This document shows, in pieces, positions 10,401 to 19,301 of a DNA stretch of 64,000 nt (its first letter is position 1; each line of letters opens with the position of its first letter). The DNA is taken from contig FR900145.1 in NCBI GenBank assembly GCA_000437755.1, forward strand, positions 50,242 through 114,241, read 5' to 3'. Origin of the DNA: Roseburia sp. CAG:303. GTDB lineage: Bacteria; Bacillota; Clostridia; Lachnospirales; Lachnospiraceae. Under the pieces are notes generated by a model, which was not told the origin of the DNA, did not search any database, and saw nothing but the letters and a program-made list of their open reading frames with translations. Position numbers and translations under genes: made by a program.

Positions 10401-11941
10401 CCCAGTTAATCTATGACTTGAAGAATGCCAATACTGCTGCCAGAATTTCTGTAAAACTGGTTTCGGAAGCTGGTGTCGGTACGGTAGCAGCCGGTGTTGC
10501 AAAAGCAGGTGCACAGGTTATCCTTATCTCCGGATATGATGGCGGTACGGGTGCTGCACCAAGAAACTCCATCTACAATGCAGGACTTCCATGGGAACTC
10601 GGACTTGCAGAAGCACACCAGACCCTGATTATGAATGATCTGAGAAATAAAGTCGTGCTTGAGACAGACGGAAAGCTGATGAGCGGTCGTGACGTTGTGA
10701 TTGCGGCTATGCTCGGAGCAGAAGAATTCGGTTTTGCAACTGCTCCGCTTGTAACCATGGGATGTGTCATGATGAGAGTATGTAACCTGGATACCTGTCC
10801 GGTCGGCGTGGCAACACAGAATCCGGAGCTGCGTAAGAGATTCCGGGGAAAACCAGAGTATGTCATCAACTTTATGAAGTTTATCGCAGAAGAAGTAAGA
10901 GAATACATGGCAAAACTGGGTGTTAAGACCGTGGATGAACTGGTAGGACGTGCGGATCTCTTAAAGAGAAGGGATAATATTACCGGACGTGCTGCAAATG
11001 TAGATTTATCCAATATCTTAAATACCGATTTCTGTAAAGAAAAGATTTGCTATCATGAGAAGAATCTGTATAACTTTGAACTCGAGAAGACACTGGATGA
11101 AAAGGTACTGGTAAAGAAATTTGCGAAGGCACTGGACGACAGACAGAAGCGCAGTATAGAAGTGGATGTAACCAATACGGATCGTTCCTTCGGAACAATC
11201 TTTGGTTCAGAGATTACAAAGAAATATCCGGAAGGACTCGAAGAAGATACCTTTACCATTAAGGGTAATGGTGCCGGCGGACAGAGTTTCGGTGCATTTA
11301 TCCCGAAAGGACTTACTCTGGAACTGGTCGGGGACAGCAACGATTACTTCGGAAAAGGACTTTCTGGCGGAAAACTGATTGTATATCCGCCAAAGGGCTC
11401 CACCTTCAAAGAAAGTGAGAATATCATTATCGGCAACGTGGCATTGTATGGTGCAACCAGCGGTAAAGCATTTATCAATGGTGTGGCAGGAGAGAGATTC
11501 TGTGTGCGTAACTCCGGTGCAACTGCGGTTGTAGAAGGGGTGGGTGAACACGGATGCGAGTACATGACAGGCGGATGTGTTGTAATCCTGGGTACAGTAG
11601 GAAAGAACTTTGCAGCCGGAATGAGCGGCGGTATCGCTTATGTGCTGGATGAACAGAGCGACCTGTATACAAAGATGAATAAAGAACTGGTATTTATGAG
11701 AGAAGTAACAGATAAATACGATGTATTAGAATTAAAGACCATGATTCAGGAACATGTGGCATATACCAATTCTGCAAGAGGAAAAGAAGTCCTTGATAAT
11801 TTTGGGGAATATCTTCCAAAATTCAAGAAGATTATGTCTTACGATTATGCAACCATGTTAAAGAAGATTGTCCAGATGGAAGAAAAAGGACTCAGCAGTG
11901 AACAGGCAAAGATAGAAGCATTCTATGCAATCGCGAAATAA
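7418..11941 (+). CDS. gltB: glutamate synthase large subunit
   Basis: N-terminal ...HDNCGIGAI (Ntn amidotransferase Cys1); FMN/FeS central domain; C-terminal GXGXG-repeat domain; 1507 aa. Confidence 0.97.
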   Translation: MQQKANGLYDPRFEHDNCGIGAIVNIKGNKDHEAVEGALGIVEHLEHRAGKDAEGKTGDGVGILLQISHKFFKKVADSLGISLGNEREYGVGMFFFPQDELQRKQAMKMFEIIVKKEGLEFLGWRQVPTHPDVLGHKAVEVMPCIIQAFIRKPAKVNAGIDFDRKLYVARRVFEQSNEDTYVVSLSSRTIVYKGMFLVGQLRTFFSDLQDPDYESAIAIVHSRFSTNTQPSWMRAHPNRLLVHNGEINTIRGNVDKMIAREETMHTSCLADEINKVIPVINAEGSDSARLDNMLEFMVMSGMDLPLAVMIAIPEPWDNNLNISQAKRDFYQYYATMMEPWDGPASILFSDGDVMGAVLDRNGLRPSRYMITTDDKLILSSEVGVLDIDPAKIVVKERLRPGKMLLVDTVQGRVIDDEELKEKYAKRQPYGEWLDANIVKLQDLKIPNKRVEEYSKEELQKLQKSFGYTYEDVKTSILPMALTGTEQISAMGNDTPLAVLSDRNQPLFNYFKQLFAQVTNPPIDAIREEVVTSTTVYVGSEGNILEESPENCKVLRVNNPILTSTDLLKIKNMKVDGFKVAVIPIIYYKNTSLKKAIDHVFLEADRAHKDGANILILSDRGVDENHVAIPSLLAVSALHQHLVVTKKRTSLAIILESGEPREVHHFATLLGYGACAINPYLAQDSIRELIDENLLDKDYYAAVNDYNSAILHGIVKIASKMGISTIQSYQGSQIFEAIGINKEVIDTYFTNTVSRIGGISLKDIESDVNKLHSKAFDPLDLGVDYTLDSEGTHKFRSGKTEHLYNPKTIHLLQESTRTGNYDLFKEYTKEVDAEGQDVNLRGLMDFNYPKKSIPLDQVESIDSIVRRFKTGAMSYGSISKEAHETLAIAMNTLHGRSNSGEGGEDLERLTVGPDGLNRCSAIKQVASGRFGVTSRYLVSANEIQIKMAQGAKPGEGGHLPGKKVYPWIAKTRHSTPGVSLISPPPHHDIYSIEDLAQLIYDLKNANTAARISVKLVSEAGVGTVAAGVAKAGAQVILISGYDGGTGAAPRNSIYNAGLPWELGLAEAHQTLIMNDLRNKVVLETDGKLMSGRDVVIAAMLGAEEFGFATAPLVTMGCVMMRVCNLDTCPVGVATQNPELRKRFRGKPEYVINFMKFIAEEVREYMAKLGVKTVDELVGRADLLKRRDNITGRAANVDLSNILNTDFCKEKICYHEKNLYNFELEKTLDEKVLVKKFAKALDDRQKRSIEVDVTNTDRSFGTIFGSEITKKYPEGLEEDTFTIKGNGAGGQSFGAFIPKGLTLELVGDSNDYFGKGLSGGKLIVYPPKGSTFKESENIIIGNVALYGATSGKAFINGVAGERFCVRNSGATAVVEGVGEHGCEYMTGGCVVILGTVGKNFAAGMSGGIAYVLDEQSDLYTKMNKELVFMREVTDKYDVLELKTMIQEHVAYTNSARGKEVLDNFGEYLPKFKKIMSYDYATMLKKIVQMEEKGLSSEQAKIEAFYAIAK

Positions 11942-11953
11942 GGAGGAACTAAG

Positions 11954-13441
11954 ATGGGAAAGCCAACCGGATTTTTAGAATATGAGCGTGAAACAAGTAC
12001 AGCTGTTTCGCCATTAGAAAGAATTAAAAACTTTAACGAGTTCCATACTCCTTTATCACAGGAAGAACAGCAGATACAGGCTGCCAGATGTATGGAATGT
12101 GGGGTACCGTTCTGTCAGGCAGGTATGATGCTGCCGGGTGGTGCATCCGGATGTCCGCTGAACAACCTGGTGCCGGAATGGAATGACTTAATCTACAATG
12201 GAAACTGGGAAGAAGCCTACTACCGTCTGAAAAAGACGAATAACTTCCCGGAGTTTACTTCCAGAGTGTGTCCGGCGCTTTGCGAAGCAGCCTGCACCTG
12301 CGGGCTGAACGGACAATCCGTCACGACAAAGGAAAATGAACACGGCATTATTGAAAATGCTTATGAAAAAGGATATGCACGTGCCAAAGTGCCAGCAGTC
12401 AGAACCGGAAAGAAGATAGCGGTCATAGGTTCCGGTCCTTCCGGACTGGCGGCTGCAGATACTCTGAACCAGAGAGGACACAGTGTAACGGTATATGAGC
12501 GTTCCGACAGGATTGGCGGACTGCTTATGTATGGAATTCCGAATATGAAGCTGGAAAAATGGGTGATAGACCGTAAGGTTGCCATTATGAAAGAAGAAGG
12601 TGTGGAATTTGTCACGGGTGTTAATGTCGGAGAGGATAGGAAAGCAACAGAACTGCTGAAAAACTACGACCGTATTATCCTTGCCTGCGGTGCATCAAAT
12701 CCGAGAGATATCAAAGCTCCGGGCAGAGAGGCAAAAGGAATTTATTTCGCTGTAGACTTCCTGAAATCCACAACCAAGGCATTGCTGGACAATGGTCTGA
12801 AAGATGGCACTTATATTTCTGCAAAGGGAAAGAAAGTCATGGTAATCGGCGGCGGTGATACCGGAAATGACTGTGTCGGAACATCCATCCGCCATGGCTG
12901 CACCAGTGTGGTACAGGTAGAAATGATGCCAAAACTTCCGACGGAGCGTGCAGAGAGCAATCCGTGGCCGCAGTGGCCGCGTGTCTTAAAGACCGATTAT
13001 GGCCAGGAAGAAGCCATTGCAAAATTCGGCCATGACCCGAGAATTTACCAGACAACGGTCAAAGAGTTTATCGCAGACAAGAAGGGGAATCTGACCAAGG
13101 TAAAACTGGTAAAATTAGAGTCCAAAAAGGATGAAGCAACCGGAAGAATGACGATGGCAGAAGTTGCCGGAAGCGAATATGTGGTGGACTGCGACCTTGT
13201 CCTGATAGCAGCAGGATTTTTAGGAAGCCAGGATTATGTCACAAAGGCATTTAAAGTAGAAACAAATGAGCGTTCCAATGTAAAGACAGAGGCAGGAAAA
13301 TACGAGACAAACGTAAAGAATGTATTTACTGCAGGCGATATGCACAGAGGACAGTCTCTTGTGGTATGGGCAATCAAAGAGGGCAGGGAAGCTGCAAAGG
13401 CAGTGGATATCAGTCTGATGGGTTATACCAATATCAATTAG
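11954..13441 (+). CDS. gltD: glutamate synthase small subunit (NADPH)
   Basis: MGKPTGFLEYERE... N-terminus with Cys cluster; KIAVIGSGPSGLAAA dinucleotide fold; sits directly after gltB. Confidence 0.95.
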   Translation: MGKPTGFLEYERETSTAVSPLERIKNFNEFHTPLSQEEQQIQAARCMECGVPFCQAGMMLPGGASGCPLNNLVPEWNDLIYNGNWEEAYYRLKKTNNFPEFTSRVCPALCEAACTCGLNGQSVTTKENEHGIIENAYEKGYARAKVPAVRTGKKIAVIGSGPSGLAAADTLNQRGHSVTVYERSDRIGGLLMYGIPNMKLEKWVIDRKVAIMKEEGVEFVTGVNVGEDRKATELLKNYDRIILACGASNPRDIKAPGREAKGIYFAVDFLKSTTKALLDNGLKDGTYISAKGKKVMVIGGGDTGNDCVGTSIRHGCTSVVQVEMMPKLPTERAESNPWPQWPRVLKTDYGQEEAIAKFGHDPRIYQTTVKEFIADKKGNLTKVKLVKLESKKDEATGRMTMAEVAGSEYVVDCDLVLIAAGFLGSQDYVTKAFKVETNERSNVKTEAGKYETNVKNVFTAGDMHRGQSLVVWAIKEGREAAKAVDISLMGYTNIN

Positions 13442-13450
13442 AAAAACTGC

Positions 13451-13490
13451 GGGCAGATGGCGGAAAAAATCCGGCTGTCTGCCTTTTTCT
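13451..13490 (+). terminator. rho-independent terminator after gltD
   Basis: gggcagatggcgg...ccggctgtctgcc stem followed by tttttc. Confidence 0.6.
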
Positions 13491-13658
13491 ATTATTATAA
13501 TAGGAACAAAAATTCGCAGTTTAATTCATTATACGAAGAAAACAGTGCTATTATGGGAAAATTCTGCTGAAACTATAAGAGAGTTATTGACAGAACTACA
13601 AAGTTATATTATGATGATATAGTTAGAAAATAATAATAAGATGGGATGATTTTAGAAA

Positions 13659-15080
13659 ATGTACAAGAGAGAATCAGGAAGCTGGTTAAAGCATGGTGAT
13701 TTTATTATACTGGATATTCTGTGTATACAGATCGCCCTGCTGGTGGCATATATGTTCCGGAATGGATTTGAATTTCCGTGGAAAAATGACACCTATCAGC
13801 AGATGGCATTTATTTTGACCATTATGGATATTGTGGTCGTTTTTTTTATGCAAAGTTATAAAGGAATTCTGAGAAGGGGATATTTCCGGGAATTTAAAGA
13901 AACTTTACTTCATGTATCAGCAACCATCACGGGTTTTATATTGTTCAATTTTATAACAAAGTCGGGACAGCAGTATTCCAGAATGGTGGTTGTACTGATG
14001 TGGGAAATAGCCATTATCCTGTGTTATATGATAAGGGTATGGAGAAAGAAAGTTTTAAAAAGCCGGGCGGCTCTGACACAGAAGGGAAAAAAGGCTCTGG
14101 TAATTCTTTCAGACTATGCCATGGCGGAAACCTTTGCGGGCAGAATCAGTAAGAATAATTACAGTGACAGGAAGCTTGCAGGTATCATAGTAACGGACAG
14201 AGATTTGACAGGACAGACGATAAAGGGGATTCCTGTTGTAGCGGATCGGAAAAATGCCGTGAATTACCTCTGTCAGAACTGGGTGGATGAGGTCATTACC
14301 TGTTATAATAACAACGAAGATGTGATCAATCCGATTCTTGAGGATTGCAGGGAAATGGGAATTACCGTCCACATTGCACTGACAAAATGTGGAATAGAAG
14401 GTGCAAAGAGGAGAATAGAAAACGTGGGCGGATATACAGTGGTAACGAATTATATTACCTCGGCAAGCAACAGGCAGATCTTCCTCAAACGGCTGATGGA
14501 TATCTGCGGTGGTATCGTCGGATGTCTTATTACCCTGATACTATTCCTGTTTGTTGCACCTGCAATCTACATCAAATCTCCCGGACCGATCTTCTTTTCC
14601 CAGATTCGTGTAGGAAAAAACGGAAAGAAATTCCGGATTTATAAATTCCGTAGTATGTATATGGATGCTGAAGAGCGCAAAAAAGAGCTGATGAAGCAGA
14701 ACAAAGTAAAAGACGGTATGATGTTTAAAATGGATCATGACCCGCGCATTATCAAGGGAGTGGGGAATTTTATCCGGAAAACCTCGATCGATGAATTTCC
14801 ACAGTTCTTCAATGTTTTAAAAGGTGATATGAGCCTTGTGGGAACAAGACCGCCGACGGTGGACGAATGGGAGAAATACAATAAGCATCACAGAAGAAGA
14901 ATGGCGATTAAGCCGGGACTGACCGGTATGTGGCAGATCAGTGGCAGGAGCAGCATTACGGACTTTGATGAGGTTGTTGCACTGGATACAAAATACATAG
15001 CAGAATGGAATATCGGACTCGACATTAAGATCTTATTTAAGACGGTCGGAGTTATATTTACAGGAAAAGGATCGCAGTAA
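13659..15080 (+). CDS. exopolysaccharide/capsule priming polyprenyl-phosphate sugar phosphotransferase (WbaP/CpsE family)
   Basis: Five N-terminal TM segments; C-terminal bacterial sugar transferase domain ...DEFPQFFNVLKGDMSLVGTRPP... Confidence 0.85.
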   Translation: MYKRESGSWLKHGDFIILDILCIQIALLVAYMFRNGFEFPWKNDTYQQMAFILTIMDIVVVFFMQSYKGILRRGYFREFKETLLHVSATITGFILFNFITKSGQQYSRMVVVLMWEIAIILCYMIRVWRKKVLKSRAALTQKGKKALVILSDYAMAETFAGRISKNNYSDRKLAGIIVTDRDLTGQTIKGIPVVADRKNAVNYLCQNWVDEVITCYNNNEDVINPILEDCREMGITVHIALTKCGIEGAKRRIENVGGYTVVTNYITSASNRQIFLKRLMDICGGIVGCLITLILFLFVAPAIYIKSPGPIFFSQIRVGKNGKKFRIYKFRSMYMDAEERKKELMKQNKVKDGMMFKMDHDPRIIKGVGNFIRKTSIDEFPQFFNVLKGDMSLVGTRPPTVDEWEKYNKHHRRRMAIKPGLTGMWQISGRSSITDFDEVVALDTKYIAEWNIGLDIKILFKTVGVIFTGKGSQ

Positions 15081-15334
15081 TGCGGTCCTTTTGATATTGC
15101 AGACGATGTGAGGAGAGTATACAAGTCCAATGGCAGAATGTAAAAATGGAGTTTTGATGAAAAAATAGTAAGGCAGTGTGAAAAAATAATAAAATTACAG
15201 AAGAAAACCACCTGGAAACTTCCTGAAAGTGTAAGGATGGGTGACTGAAAATGCCACAAATACGGCATTTATACAAAGTGAACAAAAGAATATAAAAAAA
15301 TGGCTGATATATGAAAAAAATGTGAATAAAAAGG

Positions 15335-15363
15335 TTGACAAAATTATCATTGAGAGTTATTAT
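15335..15363 (+). promoter_or_regulatory. sigma-A promoter candidate (TTGACA, 17 nt spacer, TATTAT)
   Basis: ggTTGACAaaattatcattgagagtTATTATaatg upstream of surface protein 1. Confidence 0.45.
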
Positions 15364-15430
15364 AATGCTTGTAAAAAATAAAGGTTACCCAAAAGGGGAA
15401 CGAATATTTAAAATGGAGGTATTTCTTATT

Positions 15431-16273
15431 ATGAAGAAGAAATTTTTTGCAGTAGCAATGGCTACAACAATGGCACTTTCAACAGCTATGTCAGCTTCAG
15501 CTGCAACAGTAGAAGGTGCTTGGTGGGCACAGTGGACAGAAGGATATGAGTTAGCTGATGGTGCAACTCTTGAATTTGATGTTACTGTTAAAGGTGGAGA
15601 TGCAGTATGGAACAACGTTGCAGCTGTATTTGCAAATGCTAAGACAACAGGTACAAAGGCACCAGCTGATGAAGTTGGAAGCTCATACAAAGAATATGCT
15701 GTAGTCCGTGGTGATAACTGGGGCTGGGGCGGCGGAGATAACAAGTCCGTTGATGGTTCTGATATCACATACGAAGGCGGTATCGCTGATGAAGCTTTAG
15801 GCGGAGATGCTGGATTTGTCGCAATGATGAAAGATGCTAAGCTTGCTGTAACTATCACAAGAAGTGGTAATGATGTAACTTATACATATAAGGCAACAGG
15901 TGCAAACGGAAGTGCAACAACAAGAACAGCTAAATTCTCAGCAAATATGGGTAATGGATGCTATGTATTCTTTGTTCCTGATACATCAACAGTAACAGTT
16001 GACAAGAAGGCAGCAGCTGATGCAGGAACAACAGCAGCAGCTGATACAAAGAAAGATAATAATGCAACAACAGCAGCTGCACCAGCAGATAAGAAAGATA
16101 ATGCAGCAACAACAGCTGCAGCAGCAGATAAGAAAGATAACACAGCTACAACAAAGGCAGCAACAAAGACATCTCCTAAGACAGGTGATGTAGCTCCTAT
16201 CGCAGCATTAGGTGCAGTAGCAGTAGTAGCTTGCGCTGGTGTAGTAGTTTCTAGAAAGAAAGTTACAGAATAA
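15431..16273 (+). CDS. cell-wall-anchored surface protein 1 (unknown N-terminal domain, Ala/Thr/Lys repeat linker, SPKTG sorting signal)
   Basis: Signal peptide MKKKFFAVAMATTMALSTAMSASA; C-terminal SPKTGD then hydrophobic stretch then SRKKVTE. (S/P)PXTG is the class B sortase motif; GGAGG RBS. Confidence 0.75.
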   Translation: MKKKFFAVAMATTMALSTAMSASAATVEGAWWAQWTEGYELADGATLEFDVTVKGGDAVWNNVAAVFANAKTTGTKAPADEVGSSYKEYAVVRGDNWGWGGGDNKSVDGSDITYEGGIADEALGGDAGFVAMMKDAKLAVTITRSGNDVTYTYKATGANGSATTRTAKFSANMGNGCYVFFVPDTSTVTVDKKAAADAGTTAAADTKKDNNATTAAAPADKKDNAATTAAAADKKDNTATTKAATKTSPKTGDVAPIAALGAVAVVACAGVVVSRKKVTE

Positions 16274-16314
16274 TTTAACATAGTATAGAAACAATACTTA
16301 AGCAATGATAATTG

Positions 16315-16345
16315 AAGAGAAGTACGCACTGTACTTCTCTTTAAT
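16315..16345 (+). terminator. terminator hairpin after surface protein 1
   Basis: agagaagtac-gcac-tgtacttctct followed by ttaatt. Confidence 0.5.
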
Positions 16346-16458
16346 TGCATATTGGAGAAAATTGGAAGATATTTTCACAATTCAGGAAAACCCGGGAGGT
16401 TTTTATATTAGAGTCATCAATATGGTGAAATATACATTGATTTTAGGAGGAAAGTTAA

Positions 16459-17748
16459 ATGATGAAGAAGAAATTTTTTGCAGTAGCATTAGCTACAACA
16501 ATGGCAGTTTCAACTGTTATGACAGCTTCAGCTGAAACTATTTCAGGTGCATGGTGGACATCATGGAGCCAGGGCTATGAAGTGGCAGATGGAGAAACTG
16601 TTGAGTTTGATATGGAACTCAAAGGTGGAGATGCAGTGTGGAACAATGTTGCGGCTGTATTTGTAAATGGTAAGACAACCGGTACAACAGCACCGGCAGA
16701 TGAAGTAGCAGGATATAAGGAATACGCAGTAGTCCGTGGTGATAACTGGGGCTGGGGCGGTGGAGATAACAAAACCGTTGACGGCAATGACATTTCTTAT
16801 CAGGGTGGAATCGCAGATTTAGGAGATGCAGATTTTATTGCAACAATGAAAGATGCACATCTTGAGGTAAGCGTTACCAGAGAAGGAAATGATATCGAAT
16901 ATACATACACAGCAATAGGTGCAAATGGAATTGAAACAACTAGAACAGTAAACTTTACATCAGATCTGAGTGAAGGATGCTATGTATTCTTTGTTTCTGA
17001 TGGTTCAACTGTAGATATTTCTCTTGTTGAAGAAGATCCTTCAGAAGATCCAACAGATGATACAAAGAAGGATGATACAACAGAAGCAACCACAAAGAAA
17101 GATGATGCTGCAAAGGAAACAACTACAAAGAAGGAAGAATCTACCACAAAGAAGGAAGAATCTACTACAGCTGCAACAAGTGTAAAGACTGAAGCTACAG
17201 CTACAGATGCTGCTAAGGCTGGTGCAACTGTAACAGGAACAAATGTACCAACAGGTGCAACTGTAACAGTAAACACTGTAACAGACAAAGATACACTTGC
17301 TAAAGTAGACAAGGCTGTAAAAGATACTTTAAGCAGCAAAGTAGGCAAGTATGCAGTATTAGACATTACTATGCTGGATGCAGCAGGTGCAAAGATTCAG
17401 CCTTTAAACAATGGCAATGTTCTTGTAACTATCGATGTTCCTTCAACATTAGATGCAAACAAAGGACTTGTTGTATATCGTATGGAAGATAACGGAACTT
17501 TAACAGAGTTAAAGACATCTGTTGAAAATGGTAAAGTTTCTTTTGAAACAAATCATTTCAGCACATACATCGTAGCAGAGAAAGCAGCCGTAGCAGAAGA
17601 AACAACTACAGCAGCTGCTGCAAAAGAAACAACTACAGCAAAGACAAATTCACCAAAGACAGGTGATACAGCTCCAGTTGCAGCTCTTATGGTTGTAGCA
17701 TTAGGTGCTTGCGGTGCAGTTATCGCATCTAAGAAAAAGAATGCTTAA
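16459..17748 (+). CDS. cell-wall-anchored surface protein 2 (paralog of protein 1 with an extra Ig-like domain and SPKTG sorting signal)
   Basis: N-terminal ~190 aa about 70 % identical to protein 1 (GAWW..W..GYE, GGDAVWNNVAAVF, VVRGDNWGWGGGDNK, TRxGND); C-terminal NSPKTGD then TM then SKKKNA. Confidence 0.8.
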   Translation: MMKKKFFAVALATTMAVSTVMTASAETISGAWWTSWSQGYEVADGETVEFDMELKGGDAVWNNVAAVFVNGKTTGTTAPADEVAGYKEYAVVRGDNWGWGGGDNKTVDGNDISYQGGIADLGDADFIATMKDAHLEVSVTREGNDIEYTYTAIGANGIETTRTVNFTSDLSEGCYVFFVSDGSTVDISLVEEDPSEDPTDDTKKDDTTEATTKKDDAAKETTTKKEESTTKKEESTTAATSVKTEATATDAAKAGATVTGTNVPTGATVTVNTVTDKDTLAKVDKAVKDTLSSKVGKYAVLDITMLDAAGAKIQPLNNGNVLVTIDVPSTLDANKGLVVYRMEDNGTLTELKTSVENGKVSFETNHFSTYIVAEKAAVAEETTTAAAAKETTTAKTNSPKTGDTAPVAALMVVALGACGAVIASKKKNA

Positions 17749-17791
17749 TCAGCAGGAATTCTGATTCTGAAAAAGATAAAGGATAAATAGA

Positions 17792-17835
17792 AGCGGGAGA
17801 GAATTGCAGGATTCTCTCCTGCTTATATGTTTGGG
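17792..17835 (+). terminator. terminator after surface protein 2
   Basis: 13-bp stem agcgggagagaat / attctctcctgct with loop tgcagg. Confidence 0.6.
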
Positions 17836-17861
17836 AAGTTCACAGAACTTTTTCTATCTTG

Positions 17862-17890
17862 TTGACGTTGCATAAAAAATGTGGTAGAAT
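17862..17890 (+). promoter_or_regulatory. sigma-A promoter (TTGACG, 17 nt spacer, TGgTAGAAT extended -10)
   Basis: gTTGACGttgcataaaaaatgtggTAGAATaaatg. Confidence 0.5.
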
Positions 17891-17962
17891 AAATGCAAAT
17901 TTATGAAAGGTTACATAAATTTATCATATTTCAATAATATGTGAAAGGGAGGCTTTTTTATC

Positions 17963-18787
17963 ATGAAGAAAAGATTATTAACAGTAGCAGGAGCTACAGT
18001 ATTAGCACTCAGCATGAGTGTATCTGCATTCGCAGCAGATGTTGTAACAGAAGATAAGGATTATGGTACAGCTGGTAATGCAGTTGAAAACAAGACTGGC
18101 TGGGGTTCTAATCTGAACGGACAGTTTGCAATCGAAGATAATCAGAAGATTACATTTACTTTTGATTCCCAGAGCGCAGATACATCAAATGCAGTATTTG
18201 GATGGGTTGCAGAAATTACAGATAATGCAAGCTACTTTACAATTACACAGGGAGCTACCTGCTGGTTTGCACCGGACGGTTCACCTTGGAAGACGGGATA
18301 TGATGCTGGTGATAATGGCTGGGATATTCAGAAGAGCTGGGCTGATGACGAAGCAAATGCATATGCAGAAGCTATGGCGGATGCAAAAGTAACTCTTGAT
18401 GTTACAAGATCAGGAAACCAGATCATCTTTGAATCAAAAGCTACAGGATCTGATGGAAAAGAATATACACAGACAATTAAAGGAATCTTTAAGGAAGCGC
18501 CTACAGGAACATTATATCTTCAGGTTGGTTGTGACCATGGTTCCATGACATTATACAGTGCTAAATATTCAGAAGCCGGTAAGGTAGAACAGGCAACTGT
18601 AAAAGAAAAAGTAACCTTAAAACCAAACATGAATGCAAACAAAGGTGTTGCAGGAAGCAATGACAGCACAAGCGAATCAAATGACAGCGATTCAAGCACA
18701 ACAGTTATCGTTGTAGTTGTAGCGGTAGTATTGGTTGTAGCTGTAGTAGCAGGTGTACTGGTAGCAACAAAGAAAAAGAATAACTAA
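17963..18787 (+). CDS. membrane-anchored surface protein 3 (distant paralog of 1 and 2; C-terminal TM anchor, no sortase motif)
   Basis: Signal peptide; shares ITFTFD / TRSGN..ATG..G..T.T pattern with proteins 1 and 2; Ser/Asp linker; VIVVVVAVVLVVAVVAGVLVATKKKNN. Confidence 0.65.
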   Translation: MKKRLLTVAGATVLALSMSVSAFAADVVTEDKDYGTAGNAVENKTGWGSNLNGQFAIEDNQKITFTFDSQSADTSNAVFGWVAEITDNASYFTITQGATCWFAPDGSPWKTGYDAGDNGWDIQKSWADDEANAYAEAMADAKVTLDVTRSGNQIIFESKATGSDGKEYTQTIKGIFKEAPTGTLYLQVGCDHGSMTLYSAKYSEAGKVEQATVKEKVTLKPNMNANKGVAGSNDSTSESNDSDSSTTVIVVVVAVVLVVAVVAGVLVATKKKNN

Positions 18788-18826
18788 CTAGAATATAAGA
18801 CAGAATTATTATTGAATTATGATAAG

Positions 18827-18855
18827 AAAAGAGGCAGGTGATGCCTCTTTTCTGG
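18827..18855 (+). terminator. rho-independent terminator after surface protein 3
   Basis: aaaagaggca-ggtga-tgcctctttt. Confidence 0.65.
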
Positions 18856-19169
18856 TTCTATGAGAAAATTAAAATATGAACAGATTTTGAATTTGTCTGG
18901 TTTTAATAGCATGGAAAATTTTCTATAGTAAAATTGCACAAAAACGGAAGCCTGATAAGAAAATGAGAAAAATGCAGAAAAAAGTAAAAAACGGGCTTTG
19001 ATTATTGCGTGAAAGAACTGAAAAAAACATGAGAATTGAGGAAAAACAGAAGAATAGGGAGAAAAGTAAATGATAAATTGTGTCGCTATTTGGCAAAAAG
19101 TATCATTATTTTGCAAAAATTCAAAATAAGATAGTTGTAATATTTCAACAAAAAATAGAACATATCAGA

Positions 19170-19198
19170 TTGACATATATGGCGAAATTGTATATAAT
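19170..19198 (+). promoter_or_regulatory. perfect consensus sigma-70 promoter (TTGACA, 17 nt spacer, TATAAT)
   Basis: aTTGACAtatatggcgaaattgtaTATAATat, about 100 nt upstream of the 19302 operon. Confidence 0.65.
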
Positions 19199-19301
19199 AT
19201 TAACATAGTATAAGTGCGACCAGGCCTGCCTTCTTGTGTAAAATGACTAGAGAAGAGGGGTTTATTGTGCTTAAATATCAAATTAAGAGGAGGCATGTTT
19301 T

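Noticed and set aside
7510-11672. Multiple minus-strand ORFs (such as 7510-7911, 8053-8370, 10573-11013, 11207-11551)
   Set aside because: They lie entirely antisense within the highly conserved gltB CDS, have no RBS, and show shadow-frame low complexity.
16305-16535. 76-aa ORF between surface proteins 1 and 2
   Set aside because: No RBS; it overlaps the terminator and the start of protein 2, so it is likely spurious.
15385-17366. Minus-strand ORFs 15385-15858, 15961-16350, 16575-16793, 16980-17366 and the Gln-rich 15999-16193
   Set aside because: They are generated by the Ala/Thr/Lys-rich repeat linkers of the surface-protein genes, are low-complexity, and overlap well-supported CDSs.
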